Assembly (NCBI GenBank): GCA_036279795.1
Contig: DASUIK010000143.1
Span: forward strand, 1 to 39,992
Direction: 5' to 3'
From: Burkholderiaceae bacterium
GTDB taxonomy: Bacteria; Pseudomonadota; Gammaproteobacteria; Burkholderiales; Burkholderiaceae_C
DNA length: 39,992 bases
The translations under genes and the position numbers were made by a program. The notes under the pieces are model-generated. The model made no database searches and was not told where the DNA came from. It saw only the letters and a list, made by a program, of their open reading frames with translations. Positions 8,510 to 16,130 of this stretch are shown here, piece by piece. The number at the start of each line of letters is the position of its first letter. The stretch's first letter is position 1.

Positions 8510-8986
8510 TCAACTGCCGGGTGGGGTGGGCGGTGGTACGGGAACGATGGAGGTGGGCACGCTGGCGATTTTGGTCTGCAGGGTCACGCTGCGGGTGCTG
8601 ATATCGGTGCTGCTGCCTTCTTTGCCTTCCCAGCTCACCGTCACGGTGATGGTTTTGAAGCGTGGTTGCCCGGTGCCGGTATTCTCCACCACCGTCCATC
8701 TGCGGTCGAAGTTGGCCCCAAGCACGTTTGCTGGGGTGTCGTCGCCGGAAGCGATGGTGTCAAAGGTGGTGGCACAGCCGCTGTCGCACCAGTGCCGGAA
8801 TTGCTCGATGCGGTCTTGCGCCATGTGCACGGCGGCATTGCGTTGGTGGCTGTCCGAAGAGGTGCCGATCACGTAACTTTCCAGTTCGGTCACGCCCAAC
8901 ATGCCAATGCCCAGGATGAGAAAACCCACCAGCGCTTCAATGAGTGAAAAGCCGCGCTGCCAAGGTGGAGAGGTGCGCGGGGCCAT
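8510..8986 (-). CDS. pilV: Type IV minor pilin, PilV-like
   Basis: Prepilin motif QRG|FSLIEALVG...GMLGV, then AQDRIEQFR and ITVTVSW; start overlaps the upstream stop (TGATG). Confidence 0.78.
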   Translation of the reverse strand: MAPRTSPPWQRGFSLIEALVGFLILGIGMLGVTELESYVIGTSSDSHQRNAAVHMAQDRIEQFRHWCDSGCATTFDTIASGDDTPANVLGANFDRRWTVVENTGTGQPRFKTITVTVSWEGKEGSSTDISTRSVTLQTKIASVPTSIVPVPPPTPPGS

Positions 8987-10257
8987 CAATTCCAGTCCTT
9001 CCAGCTGCCAGCCAGGCGCTGCACTCGGGCGGGGTCGGCCCCGGGAGGCAATGGCGGCGGCTGGGCACCACCGGCACGGGCGTTGTAGAACAGCTCGGTG
9101 TTTGAATTCAGGTTGCTCATGCCCGACTCGAAGGCCACGGTGCCATACACCGTGCCGCCTCCCCAACCGTTGGCGCGGCTGGCATCGCAGCCCGTATCCA
9201 GGTAAACGGTGCCATAGATGCGGGGGCCACCGTTGATGGCGGGGCAGTTGGGTGTGCAGGCGGCGCTGGAAAACACCACGATCGCCGGCTCTTCGGCGCT
9301 GCCCAGGCTGTTGTGGAACGGGGCAGGGCTGTCGATCCAGTAGACCGTGCGTTTGGGTGTGGTGCTTTGTGTCAGGCCGGCGGTGGCCTGCTGGTTGGAC
9401 CAGTCTTGCACCAGTGTTTTCGAGATGTCACCGAACACCGTGGCCCAGGTGGCGTTGCTGTTGCACGGCACGGGCGCAGCGGGCACCGCAGGTGAGACCA
9501 TGCCTCCGCCGTGCAGGTCCAGGTGCCCAGTGGACAGGCAGGCGGCCCGGTCGGCGTCGTTGACCACGCCGTCGTTGTTCATGTCGCGCAGCCACAGGTT
9601 CAGGATGGACGTGCCGGCGGTGCCGGGTGTGCTCTGGCTGGGGCAGGGGGCGCCGCTGCCCTGGTCAGGGCAGATGTCGGGCGTGCCGGTGGTGCCCGCA
9701 ATGCAGCCATTGACGATCAGCGGTGCGGGTGTGGCACCGCCCTGACCGAACGGGATGTACACCACCTGCTGGGCACTTGCGTTGGATTGGTTGGTGGTGT
9801 GTTGCGCGGTGGACAGGATGAGTGCCAGGTTGGGCCGCGTGATGTCGCGCAGGAGCCGCACGTCCAGGGTGTGTTGGGCGATGACATCGGTGCTGGCGCT
9901 TAGGCCGGCGGTGGTGTTCAACGTCAGGCACTGCCATTGGGCGCCGGTGTAGCCAGCAGGGCACTGGGCGGCCGTGGCAGCGTCCCAGACCGGTCCGTTG
10001 AAGCTGGCGGGCACGCCGCCCGCATAGGCCTGGTCCAGCCAGGCGACCGCGTGTTCAATGCCGGATTGCGCAGCCTCGTGGGCCTGAGTGGCCCAGTAGT
10101 GGTTGCCGCTGTCCTTCTGCTCGAACAGGATGGAACGCAGCGCATAGACGCTGGACAGGGACACCAGCACCACCAGCATGACAGACACAAACAGCGTGGC
10201 GGAGCCCTTCTGGCGCGTCGCGGGTGGAGGGGTGTGCTGAGGCGCAGTCGTGTTCAT
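8986..10257 (-). CDS. pilX: Type IV minor pilin, PilX-like, with large Cys-rich C-terminal extension (423 aa)
   Basis: RQKG|SATLFV (no Glu5, as in PilX/GspK), AHEAAQSGIEHA PilX N-terminal motif, C-terminal GSWKDW; ATGA overlap with the upstream gene. Confidence 0.75.
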   Translation of the reverse strand: MNTTAPQHTPPPATRQKGSATLFVSVMLVVLVSLSSVYALRSILFEQKDSGNHYWATQAHEAAQSGIEHAVAWLDQAYAGGVPASFNGPVWDAATAAQCPAGYTGAQWQCLTLNTTAGLSASTDVIAQHTLDVRLLRDITRPNLALILSTAQHTTNQSNASAQQVVYIPFGQGGATPAPLIVNGCIAGTTGTPDICPDQGSGAPCPSQSTPGTAGTSILNLWLRDMNNDGVVNDADRAACLSTGHLDLHGGGMVSPAVPAAPVPCNSNATWATVFGDISKTLVQDWSNQQATAGLTQSTTPKRTVYWIDSPAPFHNSLGSAEEPAIVVFSSAACTPNCPAINGGPRIYGTVYLDTGCDASRANGWGGGTVYGTVAFESGMSNLNSNTELFYNARAGGAQPPPLPPGADPARVQRLAGSWKDWN

Positions 10258-10946
10258 GGCGGCGAAGGCAAACGGCAGTAGGCGGGTGGGGCGCTGGCGG
10301 CAAGCGCCGCGCGCACCTGGACCGACTCCGACAAGTTGCGTGCGAGGCCCGTGTCGCCCCCAAGGTGGCCGCCCAAGCGCATATGCACCGTGCGGGTGTA
10401 GAAACCGCTTTGCACCGAACAATCCACCCCGAAGTTGAGCTCAGTGATCACGGTGGTGGCTGGGTCGCTCAATGGCAGCCACCCGCCATCGGCGCTGCAG
10501 TTGGTTTTCATTTCAATCGTCTGGCTGCGCAGCCGAAAGCCGGTGCATTCATCGGCGTTCTGTGTCATGGCGTTGGAGCTGCCTTGGTCGTGGCGGTCGT
10601 AGCTCAGCTCGATTTGCGCGAACCCGGTCGCGGCGTCACCCCCATTCAGGGAGAAATCCTCAGGACCATCGCAGAACACATCGGCACAGGGCACTTGGTG
10701 ACGCACGGTTTCGGCCCGGGCGATGTACTGTGCCCTGCGGATCTCGCGTGCCATCGCGTCCATGGCGGACATGAGTTCCAGGTCCAGGCGGCTGGCGGCC
10801 AGCATCTGGCGGTTGGCACTGACGTTGTTGACGTAGAAGGCGATGCCACCGGTGAGAACGATCATGCCCACGGTCAGCCCGATCAGGATGGCCACCAGGG
10901 TGGCGCCGGCCTGTCGGCTGCGCTGGAGCGTCTTCAGCAAGCGCAT
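10254..10946 (-). CDS. pilW: Type IV minor pilin, PilW-like
   Basis: RQAG|ATLVAILIGLTVGMIV hydrophobic segment, AMDAMAREIRRAQY (PilW/PulJ-like), position between the fimT-like and pilX-like genes. Confidence 0.72.
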   Translation of the reverse strand: MRLLKTLQRSRQAGATLVAILIGLTVGMIVLTGGIAFYVNNVSANRQMLAASRLDLELMSAMDAMAREIRRAQYIARAETVRHQVPCADVFCDGPEDFSLNGGDAATGFAQIELSYDRHDQGSSNAMTQNADECTGFRLRSQTIEMKTNCSADGGWLPLSDPATTVITELNFGVDCSVQSGFYTRTVHMRLGGHLGGDTGLARNLSESVQVRAALAASAPPAYCRLPSPP

Positions 10947-11452
10947 TCGGTCACACCCATGAGGTGGGTGGCACCGGCGGGCGAGCACAGCTGCGTGCGG
11001 CCCAGCTGGTTGAACCGCACACAGGCCACACGGCCTTGGGCCGACTGGAAAACCACGCGGCTGTCCAGCGGCAGACCGGCGGGGGTGGTCACGGCGCCCC
11101 GGTTCGGCTGCAGCCACAAGGCGTTGCCACCACCCAGTGCCAACGCGTCCATGGTGGTCTTGTGAAAGGCCGAGCCCTCGACGTGCTTGATTTCAGCGTT
11201 GGCCGCGTCGCGCAGGCCATAACGCCAGGGCAGGCCGGGTGTGAACTCGACGCGAATGACAGCGTTGCGCTTGACCGCTTCGCTGCGTGCCCATTGCAGG
11301 TCGGCGTCCAGCGCCTGTATGGCACCTTGCAGGCGGGAGCGGTCGAGGAAGGCGGTGAAAGACGGCAGCGCCAGGGTGGCGATGATGCCCAGCAGTGCGA
11401 TGCCCAGCATCAGCTCGATCAAGGTGACCCCACGCTGTTTCAAGGGCTTCAT
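10934..11452 (-). CDS. fimT: GspH/FimT-family minor pilin
   Basis: QRG|VTLIELM...LALPSF and DLQWARSEAVKRN (FimT/FimU signature); C-terminal LGRTQLC. Confidence 0.82.
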   Translation of the reverse strand: MKPLKQRGVTLIELMLGIALLGIIATLALPSFTAFLDRSRLQGAIQALDADLQWARSEAVKRNAVIRVEFTPGLPWRYGLRDAANAEIKHVEGSAFHKTTMDALALGGGNALWLQPNRGAVTTPAGLPLDSRVVFQSAQGRVACVRFNQLGRTQLCSPAGATHLMGVTECAC

Positions 11453-11874
11453 TGTTTCCAGCAGCCCGCCGGGCCGGTGTTGATCTGCACGCCATTCGAC
11501 AGCGACAGGGTCAGGGTGGCACAGGCGGTGTCACCAGCCTGCGCACCGGCGGCCGTGGCCGCGGCGGTGTAGCCGGTCGCGCTGGCGGCGGTGATGGCCA
11601 GGGTGTAGTGGCCATCGTCCGAACGGTTGTTCAGCCCCAGATCGGCCAACGTGGTGGTGAAACTGTTGTGGTTGGTGCGCCACTTTTCTTGTGCCAGCTG
11701 CAGCCGCTGCAGCGCCGCTTGCCCGTCGCTGCGGCGCGCCTCCATGATGTAGCGCTGGAGCGAGGGCAGGGCGATGACGGCCAGGATTGCGATCACCGCC
11801 ACCACGATCATCAGTTCGATGAGGGTGAAGCCGCCTGAGTCGGCGCTGCGGGGTGGGTGTGTCGCTGCCTGCAC
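11449..11874 (-). CDS. pilE: Type IV minor pilin PilE
   Basis: G|FTLIELMIVVAVIAILAVIALPS, ARRSDGQAAL, AQEKW, Q-x-x-D-x-x-C-x-x-L and terminal CW; GTG start. Confidence 0.85.
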   Translation of the reverse strand: MQAATHPPRSADSGGFTLIELMIVVAVIAILAVIALPSLQRYIMEARRSDGQAALQRLQLAQEKWRTNHNSFTTTLADLGLNNRSDDGHYTLAITAASATGYTAAATAAGAQAGDTACATLTLSLSNGVQINTGPAGCWKQ

Positions 11875-11960
11875 GGTCTGAAGTGTAAAAATTCTTCAGA
11901 CAAACCATACCATGCCCTTACGGGGTGGGGTATGACGCATGTCAAGCCAACCTGTGTAGA

Positions 11961-12782
11961 TCAATATTCCAGCCGCTCGGGCCGCACTTCCTGGAGGATG
12001 GTGGTGGCGATTTCTTCGATGGATTTGGTGGTGGTGGACAGCCAGCGCACCCCGGCGCGGCGCATCATGCTTTCGGCTTCACTCACCTCGTGGCGGCAAT
12101 TGGCCAGACTGGCGTATTTGGAATTGGGCCGGCGCTCGTTGCGTATCTCGCTCAAGCGGATCGGGTCGATGGTGAGCCCGAAGAGCTTTTTGCGGTGGGG
12201 AACGAGCGCGGGCGGCAGTTGGCGGCGCTCGAAGTCTTCGGGGATGAGCGGGTAGTTGGACGCTTTGACCCCATATTGCATGGCCAGGTAGAGACTGGTG
12301 GGGGTTTTGCCGCTGCGACTGACGCCCACCAGGATGACGTCGGATCCTTCCAGGTCCACATGGCTCTGGCCATCGTCGTGGGCGAGCGAGTAGTTGATCG
12401 CCTCGATGCGGTCGTGATAAGCCTGACTCTTGGACACGTCGGAGAACCGGCCCACGCGGTGGTTGCTCTTGATGCCCAGCTCGGCCTCCAGCGGCTCCAC
12501 AAAGGTGCCAAACATGTCCATGATCATGCCCTGGCAGTGGGTTTTCACCACTTCCAGCACCTCCATGTTCACCACGGTCAGGAAGACCAAGGGGCGTTTG
12601 CCCTCCACCTGGGCCACGTGGTTGATCTGGCGCACCGCCTGGTGGGCCTTGTCGGCGTCGTCCACAAACGGCAGGCGTACCCGTCGGTGTTTGGCCTCGA
12701 ATTGGGCCAGGATGGCGTTGCCAAAGGTTTCGGCGGTGATGCCGGTGCCATCGGAGATGAAAAAGACGGTGCGATTGGGCAT
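11961..12782 (-). CDS. ppsR: PEP synthase regulatory protein (kinase/pyrophosphorylase, DUF299)
   Basis: ISDGTGITAE, HDDG and GVSRSGKTPTSLYLA; divergent from ppsA. Confidence 0.95.
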   Translation of the reverse strand: MPNRTVFFISDGTGITAETFGNAILAQFEAKHRRVRLPFVDDADKAHQAVRQINHVAQVEGKRPLVFLTVVNMEVLEVVKTHCQGMIMDMFGTFVEPLEAELGIKSNHRVGRFSDVSKSQAYHDRIEAINYSLAHDDGQSHVDLEGSDVILVGVSRSGKTPTSLYLAMQYGVKASNYPLIPEDFERRQLPPALVPHRKKLFGLTIDPIRLSEIRNERRPNSKYASLANCRHEVSEAESMMRRAGVRWLSTTTKSIEEIATTILQEVRPERLEY

Positions 12783-12957
12783 TGGGGGCAGCGTGTCGTG
12801 GCGGTGCGGGCCGGTGGGGCCGGCCGCCCACCTACAATCAGCAGATTATCGCGTCAGCGATGGTGTGTGCGGCGCCCGCCCAGAAGAACACAACAGGCCA
12901 ACACGCAAGTGTGGTGCGGTACAGACCCCCGGTTTTTTAACTTGAGTGGAGTCTTTT

Positions 12958-15348
12958 ATGTCTGAACGCTTCAGCGCAACCGCCTTGGTGGTGCCCTTCG
13001 AGCAACTGCGAATGACCGATGTCGAGGTCGTTGGCGGGAAAAACGCCAGCCTCGGCGAAATGATCTCGCAATTGCCCCAGGGCGTGCGGGTGCCCACCGG
13101 CTTTGCCACCACGGCGCACGCCTTCCGCGAGTTCCTGAAATTCAATGGCCTGGCCGACCGCATCAACGCCCAGCTCGACAAGCTGGACACCGAAGACGTG
13201 CGCGAGCTGGCCAAAGTGGGCGCCGAAATCCGCGCCATGGTCGAGGCCCAACCGTTCCCGGCCGACCTCGAAGCCGCCATCCGCGCCGAATTCGCCCGTC
13301 TGAGCGCCGGCAACGCGGACGCTTCGTTTGCCGTGCGTTCGTCCGCCACCGCCGAAGACCTGCCCGACGCCAGCTTTGCCGGCCAGCAGGAAACCTTCCT
13401 CAACGTGCATGGCATCGAGGACGTGCTGCACAAGATGAAGGAGGTGTTTGCCTCCCTCTACAACGACCGCGCCATCAGCTACCGCGTGCACAAAGGTTTT
13501 GCCCACGCCGAGGTGGCGCTGAGCGCCGGCGTGCAGCGCATGGTGCGCTCCGACCTGGGCGCGGCCGGCGTGATGTTCACCATCGACACAGAGAGTGGAT
13601 TCGAGGACGTGGTGTTCATCACCTCCAGCTATGGCCTAGGCGAAACCGTGGTGCAGGGCGCCGTCAACCCCGACGAGTTCTACGTCCACAAACCCATGCT
13701 CAAGGCCGGCAAGCAGGCCGTGATCCGCCGCAACCTGGGCAGCAAGCTGATCGAGATGGTGTTCAGCACACCGGAAGAAAAGGCGCAGAGCGGCAAGCTG
13801 GTCAAGACCGTGGACGTGCCGGTGGAGCAGCGCAACCGCTACAGCCTGACCAACGCCGAGGTGGAGCAACTGGCGAAGTACGCGCTGGTGATCGAGGAGC
13901 ACTACGGCCGCCCCATGGACATCGAGTGGGGCAAAGACGGCACCGACGGCCAGCTCTACATCCTGCAGGCCCGCCCCGAAACGGTGAAAAGCCAGGCCGG
14001 CAACCAGGTGGAGTACCGCTACAAGCTCAAGGGCAAAGGCACGGTGTTGTCCAGCGGCCGTGCCATCGGGCAAAAGGTGGGCACCGGCCCGGTTCGCCTG
14101 GTGCACAACATCAGCGAGATGGACAAGGTGCAACCGGGCGACGTGCTCGTCACCGACATGACAGACCCCAACTGGGAGCCGGTGATGAAGCGTGCCAGCG
14201 CCATCGTCACCAACCGGGGCGGGCGCACCTGCCACGCGGCCATCATTGCGCGCGAGCTGGGCATCCCGGCCGTGGTGGGCTGCGGTGACGCGACCGACCA
14301 CCTCAAGGATGGCACGCTCGTGACGGTGAGCTGTGCCGAGGGCGACACCGGTCACATTTACGACGGCTTGCTCGAAACCGAAGTGACCGAAGTCCAGCGC
14401 GGCACCATGCCCGAGATCGACGTCAAGATCATGATGAACGTGGGCAACCCCCAACTGGCGTTCGACTTCGCCCAGCTGCCCAATGGCGGCGTGGGCCTGG
14501 CGCGCCTCGAGTTCATCATCAACAACAACATCGGCGTGCACCCCAAGGCCATCCTGGACTACCCGCAAATCGACGCTGATCTGAAAAAGGCGGTGGAGTC
14601 GGTGGCCCGTGGTCACGCTTCGCCGCGCGCTTTTTATGTGGACAAGGTGGCCGAAGGCGTGGCCACCATCGCCGCCGCCTTCTGGCCCAAGCCGGTGATC
14701 GTGCGTCTGTCGGACTTCAAGAGCAATGAGTACCGCAAGTTGGTGGGCGGTAGCCGCTACGAGCCCGAGGAAGAAAACCCCATGCTGGGCTTCCGTGGCG
14801 CGGCGCGTTACATCAGCGAAGACTTCGGCGAGGCCTTTGCCATGGAGTGCGAAGCCTTGAAGCGTGTCCGCGAAGACATGGGCCTGACCAACGTGCAGGT
14901 GATGGTGCCCTTTGTGCGCACCCTGGGCCAGGCCGAGCGTGTGGTCAACCTGCTGTCCAAACATGGCCTCAAGCGGGGCGAGAACGACCTCAAGCTCATC
15001 ATGATGTGCGAGATCCCCAGCAACGCTGTGCTCGCCAAGCAGTTCCTGTCCTACTTCGACGGTTTCTCCATCGGCTCCAACGACTTGACCCAGCTCACCC
15101 TGGGGCTGGACCGCGATTCGGGTCTGGAATTGCTGGCGCACGACTTCGACGAGCGCGACCCAGCCGTCAAGGCATTGCTGTCCATGGCCATTGGGGCCTG
15201 CAAGGCCGAAGGCAAGTACGTGGGCATCTGCGGCCAAGGCCCCAGCGACCACCCCGACTTTGCCCAATGGCTGCGGGATGAGGGCATCTCGTCGATTTCC
15301 CTGAACCCGGATTCGGTGATTGACACCTGGAAGTTGTTGGCGGGTTAA
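12958..15348 (+). CDS. ppsA: Phosphoenolpyruvate synthase
   Basis: [46 protein letters not shown] (phospho-His), [19 protein letters not shown]. Confidence 0.97.
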   Translation: MSERFSATALVVPFEQLRMTDVEVVGGKNASLGEMISQLPQGVRVPTGFATTAHAFREFLKFNGLADRINAQLDKLDTEDVRELAKVGAEIRAMVEAQPFPADLEAAIRAEFARLSAGNADASFAVRSSATAEDLPDASFAGQQETFLNVHGIEDVLHKMKEVFASLYNDRAISYRVHKGFAHAEVALSAGVQRMVRSDLGAAGVMFTIDTESGFEDVVFITSSYGLGETVVQGAVNPDEFYVHKPMLKAGKQAVIRRNLGSKLIEMVFSTPEEKAQSGKLVKTVDVPVEQRNRYSLTNAEVEQLAKYALVIEEHYGRPMDIEWGKDGTDGQLYILQARPETVKSQAGNQVEYRYKLKGKGTVLSSGRAIGQKVGTGPVRLVHNISEMDKVQPGDVLVTDMTDPNWEPVMKRASAIVTNRGGRTCHAAIIARELGIPAVVGCGDATDHLKDGTLVTVSCAEGDTGHIYDGLLETEVTEVQRGTMPEIDVKIMMNVGNPQLAFDFAQLPNGGVGLARLEFIINNNIGVHPKAILDYPQIDADLKKAVESVARGHASPRAFYVDKVAEGVATIAAAFWPKPVIVRLSDFKSNEYRKLVGGSRYEPEEENPMLGFRGAARYISEDFGEAFAMECEALKRVREDMGLTNVQVMVPFVRTLGQAERVVNLLSKHGLKRGENDLKLIMMCEIPSNAVLAKQFLSYFDGFSIGSNDLTQLTLGLDRDSGLELLAHDFDERDPAVKALLSMAIGACKAEGKYVGICGQGPSDHPDFAQWLRDEGISSISLNPDSVIDTWKLLAG

Positions 15349-15368
15349 GTTTTTTCCCGCTTTGAGAG

Positions 15369-15396
15369 AGGCCGCTTTATGCGGCCTTTTTCTTTT
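15369..15396 (+). terminator. Intrinsic terminator after ppsA
   Basis: AGGCCGC-TTTAT-GCGGCCT followed by TTTTCTTTT. Confidence 0.85.
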
Positions 15397-15567
15397 CTGC
15401 TGAGGCGGCACGACGGCACGTTGTGGCTGGCGCAGTGAAGTCAAGGAGGAGAGCGCGCAGCGCCGGGGAGACATGAACGGCGGCAGCCACGCTGTTGCCT
15501 CGCCCCACAAACAACCGTAGACCGTTGCTGTCCTGAGGCATGCCCCACGTAAAAAACGTGTGTCAGT

Positions 15568-15894
15568 TCAACGGCCCCAAACACCGCCTTCCAGTGACCA
15601 TCCTCCACGCGGCTGCTGGCGCCAGTGATGGGGTCGCCAGCGGTAGCCGGGGCGGGGGCGCTCGTAGCGCCCCGGGACCCACTCGTAGCGGTTGCGCGAC
15701 CATCCCCAGTAGCCGTTGATCCAGATGGCCCCGGCGTACGGTGCCACGGGAACGACCTCGGCATACGGTTGAGGAGGTGGCTGTGCAACGACGACCTGCT
15801 CAGGTGAGTACAAGGGGGCCACAACGCAGGCACTGAGCGTGACAACGGCCAGCGCACTGACCACGACGAGGCGAAACGGATGCGGGGTGTTCAT
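15568..15894 (-). CDS. YXWGXW/WXXGXW-repeat small lipoprotein
   Basis: Lipobox LSA|C, Pro-rich linker, repeats WINGYW, WVPGRY, WRPHHW and WSLEGGVW. Confidence 0.82.
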   Translation of the reverse strand: MNTPHPFRLVVVSALAVVTLSACVVAPLYSPEQVVVAQPPPQPYAEVVPVAPYAGAIWINGYWGWSRNRYEWVPGRYERPRPGYRWRPHHWRQQPRGGWSLEGGVWGR

Positions 15895-16130
15895 GGCGCC
15901 AATCTACCGCTGCCGGCCCGAGAAAGGTGGTCCTGGCACAGACTGTGACCGCTCTTTACCCGCTGATTACGCGGGGTGTTGAATCGAACAGAGGCGGTTG
16001 GGTGGCACGTGCGTAGCGCGGGGCCGATGGTCCGGGTGAAGGCGGCAAGCCGTGCCCGGTCGCTGTGGCAAACTCCCCCACTTTCCAGACAGCCAGAGGC
16101 CGGCTCAGGGACCGGTCCACCGTTTTCGAC

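Noticed and set aside
11940-11945. Perfect TTGACA upstream of pilE on the minus strand
   Set aside because: No acceptable -10 at 16-18 nt spacing.
13636-15510. 624-aa antisense ORF over ppsA
   Set aside because: Shadow frame of a highly conserved gene, expected from GC-rich codon bias; no recognisable motifs.
15473-15520. 15-codon ORF with GGGAG upstream
   Set aside because: Lies after the ppsA terminator with no promoter and no recognisable peptide.
15948-15999. Short stems between the lipoprotein gene and tex
   Set aside because: Only 4-5 bp stems in GC-rich DNA, with no recognisable riboswitch consensus.
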